Origin: Nitrospirota bacterium
GTDB taxonomy: Bacteria; Nitrospirota; UBA9217
NCBI GenBank assembly: GCA_963754875.1
Contig: CAVWHO010000005.1
Span: 32,001 to 96,000 of the forward strand
DNA length: 64,000 bases
Reading direction: 5' to 3'
This document shows, piece by piece, positions 41,632 through 53,730 of the stretch. The notes under the pieces were generated by a model. It ran no database searches. It was not told where the DNA came from and worked only from the letters and a program-made list of their open reading frames with translations. How positions within the stretch are numbered: the first letter of the stretch is position 1; each line of letters starts with the position of its first letter. The position numbers were made by a program, and so were the translations under genes.

Positions 41632-42684
41632 TCACGGGAAAAGCCCCGCGACCTTGATACCTTCCATTTCATGAAAGCCCATCATCAGGTTCATATTCTG
41701 GATTGCCTGGCCTGATGCTCCTTTCACGAGGTTGTCGATGGCGGAAACCACGACGACCCTGTTGGTGCGGCGATCTGCATAGACCCCGATGTCGCAGAAA
41801 TTGGCCCCCCGCACATTCCGCACGTTCGGAAACTCTCCGGGAGCCAGGAGCCGCACAAAAGGTTCATCCCGATAGAATTCATGGTAGAGCGCGTGCACCA
41901 CTCCTGTATCGGCTGCCGTTTTCAACGCCGCATACGTCGTCGTCAGGATCCCGCGGTTCATGGGGATAAGATGCGGTGTAAATGAAATCGTCACCGAGTG
42001 TCCGGCCAACATCGTCAGTTCCTGTTCGATTTCCGGTGTGTGCCGGTGCGTCCCGATTTTATACGCCATCAGGCCTTCATTGACCTCCGGGTAATGGTGC
42101 GCGAGCGAAGGACTGCGGCCCGCTCCGGAAACTCCCGACTTGGAGTCGATGATCAAGCTCTTGAGATCGACGAACCCTTTTTTTATGAGCGGCGCGAGCG
42201 CAAGGATCGCGCCGGTGGGATAGCAGCCGGGATTAGCAACGAGCGAAGCCTTCTTGATCTTTTCCCGGTGCAGTTCGGGCAAGCCATAGACCGCACTCTT
42301 GAGGAGATCGGGATACTGATGACAATGCTCGTACCACGTTTCGTAGACTGTTGGATCAGCGAGCCGGTAGTCGGCGGAAAGATCAACGACCTTTTTCCCG
42401 AGTTGATGGAACCTGAACGCTGCCTCTTGGGAAGTTACATGGGGAAGGGCCAGAAACACAAAATCAGTTTTTTTTGCTATGGCCTCCGGGTCAAGCGGCT
42501 CACAAACGAGGTCCGCCAAGCCGGCAAGATGGGGGAAGATGGTCGTGAGTGGTTTTCCGGCTGACTTCTCGGAGGTGACCGAGGCAACCCGAACGTGGGG
42601 GTGATTGAGGAGAAGCCGGTACAGCTCGCCTCCCGTGTACCCGCTCGACCCCACAATCGCTATGTTAATTTTTTCAGAAACCAT
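41632..42684 (-). CDS. argC: N-acetyl-gamma-glutamyl-phosphate reductase
   Basis: SGYTG, DLSADY, NPGCY, HRHTPE, DNLVKGASG. Confidence 0.97.
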   Translation of the reverse strand: MVSEKINIAIVGSSGYTGGELYRLLLNHPHVRVASVTSEKSAGKPLTTIFPHLAGLADLVCEPLDPEAIAKKTDFVFLALPHVTSQEAAFRFHQLGKKVVDLSADYRLADPTVYETWYEHCHQYPDLLKSAVYGLPELHREKIKKASLVANPGCYPTGAILALAPLIKKGFVDLKSLIIDSKSGVSGAGRSPSLAHHYPEVNEGLMAYKIGTHRHTPEIEQELTMLAGHSVTISFTPHLIPMNRGILTTTYAALKTAADTGVVHALYHEFYRDEPFVRLLAPGEFPNVRNVRGANFCDIGVYADRRTNRVVVVSAIDNLVKGASGQAIQNMNLMMGFHEMEGIKVAGLFP

Positions 42685-42743
42685 GTCATGATCCCGTTAT
42701 TGAACTGATCAGGATGCACAAAGCCGGAGCACAATAGAAAATA

Positions 42744-42777
42744 GAAAAGGGAAGGCATCTCTACCTTCCCTTTTTCT
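42744..42777 (-). terminator. Intrinsic terminator after rpsI
   Basis: AGAAAAGGGAAGG / CCTTCCCTTTTTCT inverted repeat. Confidence 0.7.
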
Positions 42778-42808
42778 AAACAGGACCTGCAACGAGGTAT
42801 ATGATCCC

Positions 42809-43210
42809 TTATCTCTTCGAGAACTGGAACCGAGCACGCGCGCCTTTCTGGCCGTATTTCTTACGTTCTTTTGCCCTCGGGTCGCGGGTCAGGAGCCCCT
42901 CCTTGCGCAGTTTGCCGCGAGACTCGGCGTCCACGGCAAGGAGCGCCTTGGATATGCCATGTCTGATTGCCCCTGCCTGGCCGGAGTTGCCGCCGCCGAG
43001 TACGCTGACGAGAACATCAAATTTATCCACCGTGCCGGTGACCTCGAAGGGCTGACGAATGATCATCTTGAGCACGTCCCTGCCGAAGTACTGGTCCATG
43101 GATTTCTCGTTTATAGTTACCTTCCCGCTTCCGGGCATCAGCCACACCCTGGCGATGGAGTTTTTGCGCTTACCCGTTGCGTAATATCTGGATACTGTTG
43201 CTGCTGACAT
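42809..43210 (-). CDS. rpsI: 30S ribosomal protein S9
   Basis: [20 protein letters not shown]...QFSKR. Confidence 0.98.
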   Translation of the reverse strand: MSAATVSRYYATGKRKNSIARVWLMPGSGKVTINEKSMDQYFGRDVLKMIIRQPFEVTGTVDKFDVLVSVLGGGNSGQAGAIRHGISKALLAVDAESRGKLRKEGLLTRDPRAKERKKYGQKGARARFQFSKR

Positions 43211-43243
43211 TAAAAATCCTCCTAAACGGATTTGCCTAATTCT

Positions 43244-43672
43244 TTAGAGTTTCATCTCCACGGGCTGCTGTGCGCTGTGCGGATGTTTTTCTCCGGCATA
43301 CACTTTGAGCTTGCTCAGCATCTGCTCGCCCAACCGCGTCTTGGGGAGCATCCCCTGTACGGCTTTCTTAATGACATCCTCTGGCTTGGTCTTGAGCAGT
43401 TTGCCTGCGGTAATAGACTTAAGACCGCCGGGATATCCGGAATGGCTGTAGTACGTCTTCTGGTCGAGTTTTCTGCCGGTCAGATGAATTTTATCGGCAT
43501 TCACGACGATCACGAAGTCGCCGGTGTCAACGTGTCTCGTGTAAACCGGTTTGGTCTTGCCTTTGAGCACGGACGCAACTACTGAAGCAAGCCTTCCGAG
43601 AGTTTTGCCGTTCGCGTCTACAACGTGCCAACTCCTCTGAATTTCTTCCTTTTTTGCTGAATAAGTTCCCAT
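43244..43672 (-). CDS. rplM: 50S ribosomal protein L13
   Basis: [32 protein letters not shown]. Confidence 0.98.
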   Translation of the reverse strand: MGTYSAKKEEIQRSWHVVDANGKTLGRLASVVASVLKGKTKPVYTRHVDTGDFVIVVNADKIHLTGRKLDQKTYYSHSGYPGGLKSITAGKLLKTKPEDVIKKAVQGMLPKTRLGEQMLSKLKVYAGEKHPHSAQQPVEMKL

Positions 43673-44023
43673 TATGCCCGCCTCACTGCTGTGTTATTTT
43701 TTATCAAGAATAGCGAATATAAACAATTTAGTCTGTTTTGTCAAGCCTTTTATAAAAAATTCATAGACAAAATTCATAATCAAGAGCACTGACGGGAAAG
43801 CATCAGATTCCATGGAAAAATCGCTATGATAGGGGGCAATAGACCCATGACTTTACTTTTTTAAATGGGTGCGGTTTTCCACTTGTAATGTTAGGGTTTG
43901 TAACCATCTTAACAAAAATTTTTCATTGTGATCCCCTAAAAATAAAAAAAGGCGGTGTTTCCACCGCCTTTGCGTCACTCATTCACATCACAGCATTGAA
44001 CGTTTCCTTGATTGTTTCATCAC

Positions 44024-44356
44024 TTATGCTTTTTCAACATATGCTTTCTGAGCATCCCCTTGTCTGTTACGGAGTGTAGCTGGGGCAGAGATCACGAAGC
44101 CCAGTGCTGTGCCGATAAGACCGCCGACCACGATGCTTACGGCAGCAGCGCAGGAGATTCCCACCACGATACCCATAACCACTGCTGCTCGAACAAAAAG
44201 CGTCGGTTCAACCGTGCCGCCCATCAGTTTTTGGAGCAGGATCAGGGTACCATAGCTCCCAAAATAGAACCCCGGCATGATTCCGAACACTACGAACACC
44301 AGCCCTCCGACTGTTGCTCCGATCTTCATACCTGCCTTTACGGTTTCATTCTTCAT
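44024..44356 (-). CDS. Gly-rich small membrane protein
   Basis: Hydrophobic, GxxxG-rich; paralogous to 44359..44694. Confidence 0.8.
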   Translation of the reverse strand: MKNETVKAGMKIGATVGGLVFVVFGIMPGFYFGSYGTLILLQKLMGGTVEPTLFVRAAVVMGIVVGISCAAAVSIVVGGLIGTALGFVISAPATLRNRQGDAQKAYVEKA

Positions 44357-44358
44357 GG

Positions 44359-44694
44359 CTATCTCCTTTCCTCTGCCTTAGATAAGTTTTTTCCCTCTCC
44401 TACTTCCTTTGCATGCACTCCCGATTCAAGGACCTTGCCGACGAACCAGCCGACCGTGGACGATGCGGTCACGATAACAATGCCTGCGACCAAGACTCCG
44501 GTCAGCATGGCTGCCAGGACAATCATTCTGGATATGAGGCCTGGTTGGAGTGGAAGCCCGAAGAGCCAGCCGGCTATATTGATACCTGCCGCGCCTCCCA
44601 AGAGGCTCCCTGGCAGAAGCCCAAATAATGCGAACAATACTAAACCAGCGCCTGCACCGATGTATGCTGTTCTTCTTGCAATAGTGGTCTTCAT
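44359..44694 (-). CDS. Gly-rich small membrane protein
   Basis: AGGAGG RBS; YIGAGAGLVLFALFGLLPGSLLGG. Confidence 0.8.
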   Translation of the reverse strand: MKTTIARRTAYIGAGAGLVLFALFGLLPGSLLGGAAGINIAGWLFGLPLQPGLISRMIVLAAMLTGVLVAGIVIVTASSTVGWFVGKVLESGVHAKEVGEGKNLSKAEERR

Positions 44695-44734
44695 GGTAGT
44701 TTCCTCCTTTGCGTTCAGTCTTGCTTTTATAAAT

Positions 44735-44750
44735 TGCATCAAACATGCCA
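44735..44750 (-). promoter_or_regulatory. sigma54 promoter
   Basis: TGGCATGTTTGATGCA (GG-N10-GC) about 40 nt upstream of the ATG at 44694. Confidence 0.7.
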
Positions 44751-44956
44751 GGACATAACTACCTGATTTCATGAGATCAACAGCAAAAAAATTTTTGCAA
44801 GCCTGAGAAAACTTCATGAACTCTGTAATAAAAATGCGAAAAAATCCTGCATGAATCTGTTATTCGTAAAAAGCTGCGAGAGACAAAATTTTCCTTGAAA
44901 TGCGCTTATATATATGGTAATTTAAGGGTCGCCTTTTTAGGAAGGCAATCTCTTAT

Positions 44957-45040
44957 TCCACACGCACCGGGACTTTTAGCAGGGTGCCCCGTTATAGCAA
45001 CAGGGTCTGCGGAAGGACGATCGGTGCGGCGGTAAAAACC
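44957..45040 (+). promoter_or_regulatory. rpsB (S2) leader RNA
   Basis: CACACGCACCG...GGGTGC...CGGTGCGGCGG stem architecture directly before the rpsB RBS. Confidence 0.65.
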
Positions 45041-45055
45041 AGAAGGAGGGACATC

Positions 45056-45853
45056 ATGTCCACGATTACCATGAAGGAGCTGTTGGAAGCAGGCGTACAT
45101 TTCGGCCACCAGGCGAAGCGGTGGAACCCCAAGATGAAGAAGTACATCTTTGGAGAGCGGAACGGGATCTACATCATCGATCTCCAGAAGACGCTGAAGC
45201 TGTTCAAGGAATCATACGATTTCGTCCGCAAGTCCGCGTCTGAAGGAAAGGACATCCTTTTTGTCGGCACCAAGAAACAGGCCCAGGACGCCATTACCGA
45301 AGAGGCCAAGCGATGCGGCATGTACTATGTATCGAACCGCTGGCTCGGCGGCATGCTCACGAACTTCAACACGGTCAAGAAGAGCATCGACAGACTGAAA
45401 AAGATCGAAAAAATGAAAGAGGACGGCACCTACGACAAGCTTACGAAAAAAGAAGTGGCCGGCCTCGAAAAAGAACGGACGAAACTCGAAAAAATTCTTT
45501 CCGGCATTAAGTCCATGACTCAGCCGCCGTCTATGATTTTCATCATCGACCCCCGCAAGGAAACCATTGCGGTCCAGGAAGCAAACAAGCTGAACATTCC
45601 CGTGGTAGCGGTCGTTGATACGAACTGCGACCCCGACAACATCGATTACGTCATCCCCGGCAATGACGATGCTATCCGCGCTATCCGGCTTATGGCATCA
45701 AAGGTCGCCGATGCCGTCATCGAGGGCCGACAGGCCATTGTAAAGGAACAGGGCGAAGCCATGGAAGCAGCAAAGGCGGCCGGCGAAGTAGCGACCGCAA
45801 TCGAGCCGGCAGCAGAAGCAGCCGATGCTGATGTCGAAGACGACACGGTTTAA
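45056..45853 (+). CDS. rpsB: 30S ribosomal protein S2
   Basis: [32 protein letters not shown]. Confidence 0.98.
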   Translation: MSTITMKELLEAGVHFGHQAKRWNPKMKKYIFGERNGIYIIDLQKTLKLFKESYDFVRKSASEGKDILFVGTKKQAQDAITEEAKRCGMYYVSNRWLGGMLTNFNTVKKSIDRLKKIEKMKEDGTYDKLTKKEVAGLEKERTKLEKILSGIKSMTQPPSMIFIIDPRKETIAVQEANKLNIPVVAVVDTNCDPDNIDYVIPGNDDAIRAIRLMASKVADAVIEGRQAIVKEQGEAMEAAKAAGEVATAIEPAAEAADADVEDDTV

Positions 45854-45902
45854 TTGGCGGGGGCTCGAGGGCAGTAAGAAAAGACAAGGGGGTTTCCAAG
45901 AA

Positions 45903-46784
45903 ATGGCAACGATATCAGCAAGTGCAGTGAAGGACTTGAGAGAAAAAACCGGCGTCGGCATGATGGAGGCAAAAAAAGCCCTGGAAGAAGCTGGCGGCGA
46001 TTTTGAGAAAGCAGTCGACATCCTGAGAAAGAAAGGGCTGTCCGCTGCGGCAAAGAAAGCCACCCGCGTTGCATCCGAGGGAATGATCGCCTCCTTCCTT
46101 GAAAGAAGCAACAAGGTCGCGGTCCTCATTGAAGTCAACAGCGAGACCGATTTCGTGGCAAAGAACGCAGATTTTCAAAGCTTCGCAAAGGGGCTGGCCG
46201 AGCTCGTGGCCGTTCAAAAGCCTACGGATGTTACTGCGCTTTCACAGCTCACGATAGCGGGCGAGAACGTTGAAGCCAAACGAAATGCACTCGTGCAGAA
46301 GATCGGCGAAAACATCGCGGTTCGCCGCTTTGTGCGGTACGAGACCCCGGGCCGTATTGCGATGTATCTCCACGGCAGCCGTATCGGCGTCATGGTCGAC
46401 TATACCGGCGACGAGCAGCTCGGCAAGGACCTGGCAATGCACATAGCCGCGGCCAATCCTCAGTTCCTCAACCGCGAGACAGTTCCCGCAGACTCTCTGC
46501 AGCGTGAACGCGAAGTGTACGAGGCCCAGGCCAAGGAATCCGGCAAGCCTGCGGCAGTTATCGGCAAGATTGTGGAAGGCAAGCTCGAAAAATTTTACAC
46601 CGATACCTGCCTCATGGACCAGGTCTACATCAAGGACCCTGACGGCAAGCTGAAGATCAAGGACCTCTTGAAGAAGGCCGGTGCAAACGTGGCTGTCAGC
46701 CGATTTGTCCGATATCAGCTCGGCGAAGGGATCGAGAAGAAGAAGGAAAACTTTGCTGAGGAAGTAGCAGCACAGCTGAAGTAA
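45903..46784 (+). CDS. tsf: Elongation factor Ts
   Basis: VKDLREKTG, EVNSETDFVAKN, MHIAA. Confidence 0.98.
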   Translation: MATISASAVKDLREKTGVGMMEAKKALEEAGGDFEKAVDILRKKGLSAAAKKATRVASEGMIASFLERSNKVAVLIEVNSETDFVAKNADFQSFAKGLAELVAVQKPTDVTALSQLTIAGENVEAKRNALVQKIGENIAVRRFVRYETPGRIAMYLHGSRIGVMVDYTGDEQLGKDLAMHIAAANPQFLNRETVPADSLQREREVYEAQAKESGKPAAVIGKIVEGKLEKFYTDTCLMDQVYIKDPDGKLKIKDLLKKAGANVAVSRFVRYQLGEGIEKKKENFAEEVAAQLK

Positions 46785-46908
46785 AACCGGTTATTCGATC
46801 GCATATCCAATCACATTGAACCGTTAGGACGCGAAGAAGGGTAAAAGATTTTCTTTGCATTCTTCGCGTCTTAGCGCTAAACTCTTTTTCAGTCGTTCCA
46901 CAATTTAA

Positions 46909-48214
<1,306 letters not shown>

Positions 48215-48467
48215 GCAAAATTTCTCTCGAAAAAAGCTCTATTGCCCTCGATCTTTTTCGGGGGCTTTTTGCTGCCTAAAGCCTTCTGTCTGTTCATTCC
48301 GCGGAAAGCGGCTCCTGCCTTAATTCAAAGTTTGCTGCCATAGCATCGACTGCTTTCAATCGATTTATAAGGAAATTTAATGGATCTTTACCTGATTTTT
48401 TCTTGACAAAGAACGAGAGTTCCTGTAGATTTTTCGTGTCTTTCAATCGACTGTTAGGAGCGTATAT

Positions 48468-49148
48468 ATGAAAGAGGGCCCGTTACTTCTTCCGGAAATT
48501 CATGGTATACCTGACCATGTTACGTATACCTGGCTTGCGATGGCTATTCTCATCGGTCTTTCACTGGCGGCGCGCTTCAGGCTGAAAAAGACCGCGCCGA
48601 CGGGCCTGCAGAACTTTCTGGAGACCATTGTCGGCGGCCTCGAGAACTTCGTTATAGATACCATGGGTCCCGAAGGCAGGGATTACCTCCCGCTCATCGG
48701 CTCCTTGTTCCTCTTCATCCTCGTCTGTAATCTGCAAGGCCTCGTCCCCGGGTTCGATTCTCCAACTGCCAATCTCAACACAACACTGGCACTTGCACTC
48801 GTGGCCTTTACAATGACCCACTACATCGGGATAACGAGACATGGCATCGGATACGTTAAGCACTTCCTGGGCCCGATCTGGGTGCTCGCACCACTGATGC
48901 TCCCCATAGAACTCATAAGCCACTTTGCGCGAGTTATTTCGCTCTCGTTCCGTTTATTCGGCAACATGATCGCGAAACACAAATTGCTTCTCGTCCTCGC
49001 ACTCCTGGCGCCCTACATCGCTCCCGTACCGATCCTGGGACTCGGCCTCCTCGTCTCCTTCGTCCAGGCCGGTGTGTTTACGCTTTTAACCATGCTCTAC
49101 CTTTCCGGGTCCATTGAAGCAGCACATCTCGGCGGAGAGCACCACTAA
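48468..49148 (+). CDS. atpB: F0 ATP synthase subunit a
   Basis: PTANLN, SLSFRLFGN, QAGVFTLLT. Confidence 0.96.
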   Translation: MKEGPLLLPEIHGIPDHVTYTWLAMAILIGLSLAARFRLKKTAPTGLQNFLETIVGGLENFVIDTMGPEGRDYLPLIGSLFLFILVCNLQGLVPGFDSPTANLNTTLALALVAFTMTHYIGITRHGIGYVKHFLGPIWVLAPLMLPIELISHFARVISLSFRLFGNMIAKHKLLLVLALLAPYIAPVPILGLGLLVSFVQAGVFTLLTMLYLSGSIEAAHLGGEHH

Positions 49149-49275
49149 ATTATTACCTATAAATAAATTGACCCCGGGTGACGGCACTTCCTCCGATTGG
49201 AGGAGTTCCCGGGAGGTAACGCCCCGGCACGATTCCGGACCGCAGTTCATTCTTCAGAAGAAAGGAGGGCGAAAC

Positions 49276-49620
49276 GTGAAAAAATCATTCGCTATCATGC
49301 TTCTCGTTATCGGCTTGATGCTGATAACATCCGCTGCTTTTGCAGCTGAAGCGGCAGCTGCTCCTGATGCGGCCAAGTTGTCCTTCTACGGCACTGTAGC
49401 CGCAGCTTCGGCAATCGGCATGGGTCTGGCTGCTCTGGGCACCGGAATCGGCATGGGCCTGGGTATCGGCAGATCGACCGAAGGTATTGCCCGCAACCCC
49501 GAGGCGTCGGGAAAGATCATGACCACCATGATTGTCGGTCTGGCCCTGATCGAGTCGCTGGCCATTTACACCCTGGTCGTCGTGCTCATCCTGCTCTACG
49601 CAAAACCGTTCGGCGTGTAA
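49276..49620 (+). CDS. atpE: F0 ATP synthase subunit c with N-terminal extension
   Basis: GIGMG, ARNPE, LIESLAIY; GTG start behind AGGAGG. Confidence 0.96.
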   Translation: MKKSFAIMLLVIGLMLITSAAFAAEAAAAPDAAKLSFYGTVAAASAIGMGLAALGTGIGMGLGIGRSTEGIARNPEASGKIMTTMIVGLALIESLAIYTLVVVLILLYAKPFGV

Positions 49621-49653
49621 TGAATCGAGCCGAGAATATCTGTCGTTAATTAA

Positions 49654-49691
49654 CAAAAAAAGAGACGGTTCAAAAAACCGTCTCTTTTTTT
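49654..49691. terminator. Bidirectional intrinsic terminator
   Basis: AAAAAAAGAGACGGTT-loop-AACCGTCTCTTTTTTT. Confidence 0.85.
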
Positions 49692-49793
49692 GTTCGCATG
49701 TCCCGTTTTAACGGAATCTAAGACACGCCCGGTGGACGATTTCGTTGTCTTACTCCCTGCGATCCATCCTCCCCCAAGTTCGGCAAATGAGCA

Positions 49794-50240
49794 TTATGCC
49801 GCCTTTTTTTCCATTTCAGCATCCCCAAGGAGTTTTACTTCTCCACTAACTCGCGCATTACCGAGCACCGTTGCGTTCCCGCCGACTTGGGCTCTATCGC
49901 TTACTTCGGCAAATCCGCTCAGAACCGCGTTTCCATATACCGCGGCAAATCCATAAATCTTAGCATCGCCGGTCACTTTCGCGTTTCCGAAGACCCGCGC
50001 ATTCCCGAAGATCTCTGCCCTGCCTGACACCTCTGCCCGATCGAAAATCCACGCATTGCCGAAGACAAATGCTTCGCCGCTTAGTTTGCAGTGGCCGCAA
50101 ATCTTGGCAAAAGGACCGACATATACACTCTCCTCGACATGCGCATGCTCGGCGACCATTCCGCCGCCGTTCGGATGGTGGTGATATTTTATACCGTCGA
50201 TCTCCACAACCGGTTCCGTCGTCAATACCTTGATGTCCAT
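49794..50240 (-). CDS. Hexapeptide-repeat (left-handed beta-helix) protein
   Basis: HPNGGGMV followed by (V/I)xGxA 6-mer repeats; GGAGG RBS. Confidence 0.85.
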   Translation of the reverse strand: MDIKVLTTEPVVEIDGIKYHHHPNGGGMVAEHAHVEESVYVGPFAKICGHCKLSGEAFVFGNAWIFDRAEVSGRAEIFGNARVFGNAKVTGDAKIYGFAAVYGNAVLSGFAEVSDRAQVGGNATVLGNARVSGEVKLLGDAEMEKKAA

Positions 50241-50273
50241 GCTCCACCTCCAGAGAAGGATTTTTGTGTACGC

Positions 50274-51412
50274 TAGTGTACTGCGTCATAAATAACTTGA
50301 CTTATGATATGGAACTCTGTATGCTAAGCCATCATGAAAAGCGCAGCGCCCATTATTTTGTCTCCTGAGGAACAATCCAAATTGGACGTCTGGGTTCGTG
50401 GAAAAAGCTTTCCCTTGCGACTTGTACAACGTGCACTGATCATCCGAATGGCTGTGGATGGAGTACAGAACCAAGATATTGCACAGGAGCTTGGTGTCTC
50501 CCGGCCAACCGTGCAGCTTTGGCGACAGCGGTTTCTGGCTTTTCGACTGGAGGGACTGGAAAAGGATGCACCCCGTCCTGGTCGTATCCCCAAAATACCG
50601 GTGAAGAAGGTTCAAGCAGTCATCGAAGCCACCCTCCATACCACTCCACCCAATGCAACCCATTGGAGCACTCGCAGCATGGCCAAGGCTCAAGGGTTAA
50701 GCGAAGCCACAATACGCCGTATATGGAAGCAACACGACTTAAAGCCTCATTTGATCAAAACCTTCAAGGTCAGCCGCGACAAAAACTTCGTCGAGAAACT
50801 GTACGACGTTGTTGGGCTCTATCTCAATCCTCCGGACAAGTCCCTCGTGCTCTGTGTCGACGAGAAGAGTCAAATCCAAGCACTCGACCGGACGCAGCCG
50901 GGGTTGCCGTTGAAAAAGGGCCGTTGTGGGACCATGACGCACGATTACAAACGAAACGGCACAACAACATTATTTGCAGCCCTCAGCATGCTCGACGGTA
51001 CGATTATCGGCGACTGCCTGCCGCGCCATCGGCATCAAGAATTTATCCGCTTCCTCAAGAAAATAGATGGAGAGACCCCGATCGGTCTCGACCTGCACTT
51101 GATCGTAGACAATTACGGGACCCACAAGCATCCCAGCGTAAAAACCTGGCTCAAGCGGCATCCACGGTTCCATTTGCACTTTATCCCGACCTCGAGCTCT
51201 TGGCTGAACATGGTCGAGCGGTGGTTCCGAGAAATTACCGACAAGCGGATACGTCGTGGCACGTTTCGGAACGTGCCAGCATTAATCGACGCTATCAAAA
51301 ACTATATCGATAATCACAACCAAAATCCGCAGGTGTTTGTATGGACTGCACCTGTGGAACAGATTTTGTCCAAGGTCGCCAAAAGTAAAGAAGCGTTGGA
51401 CGCACTACACTA
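50274..51412 (+). mobile_element. IS630-family insertion sequence (coordinates include TA duplications)
   Basis: Ends TAGTGTACTGCGTC / GACGCACTACACTA, inserted in CTAG. Confidence 0.93.
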
Positions 51413-51413
51413 G
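50334..51413 (+). CDS. IS630 DDE transposase
   Basis: HWSTRSMA, CVDEKSQIQAL, DNYGTH, SWLNMVERWF; the stop codon uses the target TA. Confidence 0.96.
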   Translation: MKSAAPIILSPEEQSKLDVWVRGKSFPLRLVQRALIIRMAVDGVQNQDIAQELGVSRPTVQLWRQRFLAFRLEGLEKDAPRPGRIPKIPVKKVQAVIEATLHTTPPNATHWSTRSMAKAQGLSEATIRRIWKQHDLKPHLIKTFKVSRDKNFVEKLYDVVGLYLNPPDKSLVLCVDEKSQIQALDRTQPGLPLKKGRCGTMTHDYKRNGTTTLFAALSMLDGTIIGDCLPRHRHQEFIRFLKKIDGETPIGLDLHLIVDNYGTHKHPSVKTWLKRHPRFHLHFIPTSSSWLNMVERWFREITDKRIRRGTFRNVPALIDAIKNYIDNHNQNPQVFVWTAPVEQILSKVAKSKEALDALH

Positions 51414-51718
51414 TTGCCTGAGTAATGCTGTGCTCTTTTTTTGCCATAAAGTTACAATTTTACACTCGTTAAAGCATAGCGAACACCATTAATTTTGTCA
51501 AATGACGACCCTTCGATACCAAATCAAATAGGTGGTTGATTTTCCCCCCCCCACCCTTATTGCGACCTTAAAATCATCACATGTTTACAATCCATTAGAA
51601 AGGAGCGACGGTGCGACATATATGACATTGCTTCACCTAAATTTCCTTTTGATTAATCGCGCAATTTGTTATAATAAGCGGCTGGTAAACACCCTCTTAA
51701 CAAGGAGTACACAACATA

Positions 51719-53129
51719 ATGAGTAACACGAGCAATGTACGGGTTCGCTTTGCACCCAGCCCCACCGGCGCGCTTCACATAGGCGGCGTCCGGACGGCGC
51801 TCTTTAACTGGCTTTTTGCACGTCATTACAAAGGAAAGTTCATTCTGAGGATCGAAGACACGGACCAGACGAGGTCCACTGATGAATCGATCAAGATCAT
51901 CTTGGACGGCATGAAATGGCTCGGCCTTGACTGGGATGAAGGCCCGTTCCGGCAGACCGAGCGCATGGACATCTACCGTGCTCACGTCGACAAGTTACTG
52001 AAAGAGGGCAAGGCATACTATTGCTACTGCACTCCTGATGAACTCGAAGCGCGTAGAAAAGTGGCCTTGGCAGCGGGCAGGCCGCCCAAGTACGACCGGA
52101 AATGCCGCTCGCTATCGTCGCCGGTCCCCGGCAGGACCCCGGCCGTCCGTTTTCTCTCGTCGGACGAAGGCCAAACTATCGTGCGGGACCTGATCCGCGG
52201 AGCAGTGACGTTTGAGAACCAGCAGCTCGACGACCTGATCATCCAGCGCTCCGACGGTTTTCCGACCTACAATTTCGCTGTTGTCGTAGACGATGTTACC
52301 ATGAAGATTTCTCACGTAGTCCGCGGCGACGACCATCTGAATAATACGCCGCGCCAGATTCAGCTCTATCAGGCTCTGGGATATGATCCGCCGGAGTTTG
52401 CCCATCTGCCGATGATCCTCGGGTCGGACAAGACCAAGCTTTCCAAACGTCACGGAGCAACGGCCGTTACCGAATACATCGACCTCGGTTATCTGCCCGA
52501 AGCGCTGGTGAACTATCTCGCACGCCTCGGCTGGTCTCATGGCGACCAGGAAATTTTCTCAAGCCCAGGAACTCATCGATAAATTCTCGCTCGATACCGT
52601 TGGCAAAGCCCCGTCCGTCTTTAACCCCGAGAAACTCCTGTGGCTGAACCATCACTATATTCAGCAGGCGGACCACGGCAGGCTTGCAGGCCTGGTTCTC
52701 GACCTGTTAAAGAAGGACGGGGTCCTGAAGACGGAACCTGATATCGAGTGGTTCAAGAAACTCATAGCGATCCTGACTGAACGGAGTCACACACTCGTTG
52801 AGATGAAGACGGGAGCGCTGCCATTTATCGTTGACGAGATCACGATAGACGAGAAAGCGAAAGCCAAGCAGTTGACGGCCGATGTTGCCCCCCTCCTTAC
52901 GGAATTGACAAGCCGGCTGAAGCCAATCGAGCCTTTTACACACGGGGAAGTGGAAAAGGTCTTCAACGCCCTGGTTGCCGAGAAAAATATCAAGCTGGGC
53001 AAACTCGCCCAGCCGGTACGCGTGGCGCTCACCGGCGGCACCGTCAGCCCGGGAATCTTTGAGGTAATCGAAGTGATGGGAAAAGACAAGGTGATCAAGC
53101 GGATTGAAGCAGCAGTGAAGCTTATTTAG
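51719..53129 (+). CDS. gltX: Glutamate--tRNA ligase (frameshift near 52560)
   Basis: [23 protein letters not shown]; anticodon domain RVALTG in 52539..53129. Confidence 0.95.
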
Positions 53130-53229
53130 GCCCTAGAGATACAACCGTTAGACTGTGCCATCACCATTGTGTAACGGGGATGAAAGCAATTCAACGTTTG
53201 AATGTTGCGGTACTATAAGGAGCTGTTCC

Positions 53230-53637
53230 GTGGGCCTTATTAAATGGAATGAATTTTATGCGGTCAATATAAAGGAAATCGACAATCAACACAAGAAACT
53301 CATCGAGCTTATAAACCAGATGTATAACGCCATGAGAGCCGGCAAAGGCAAAGAGGCCCTGAGCACGGTATTGACTGAGTTGGTTGATTACACGGTCTAT
53401 CATTTTGAGACCGAAGAACAGATGTTTCTCCAATACGGCTATGCGGAGTACGAAGCACACAAGATCATTCACGATGACCTGACCAGGCGGGCGAAGGAGC
53501 TCAAGGACCAGTTAGACCGCGGAAATAATCTGATCACCATGGATGTAATGCTTTTTCTGAGCAACTGGCTGAACGTCCATATTCTCGAGGTAGACAAGAA
53601 GTACAGCCCCTACCTGAGCAGCAAGGGAATCAAGTAA
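53230..53637 (+). CDS. Bacteriohemerythrin
   Basis: IDNQH, HFETEE, HKIIH, WLNVHILEVD; GTG start with AAGGAG. Confidence 0.93.
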   Translation: MGLIKWNEFYAVNIKEIDNQHKKLIELINQMYNAMRAGKGKEALSTVLTELVDYTVYHFETEEQMFLQYGYAEYEAHKIIHDDLTRRAKELKDQLDRGNNLITMDVMLFLSNWLNVHILEVDKKYSPYLSSKGIK

Positions 53638-53730
53638 CCTCCGAACGCATGATCACCTGTAGCGGCCAAGGAAAACGATCTCGGATTCTTTCCGGGCCAT
53701 TGCCCTTAGATTTATGTTCTCGGTAACCGT

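Noticed and set aside
52540..52582. Programmed frameshift or naturally split gltX
   Set aside because: No slippery site or second RBS; same pattern as the other scattered indels.
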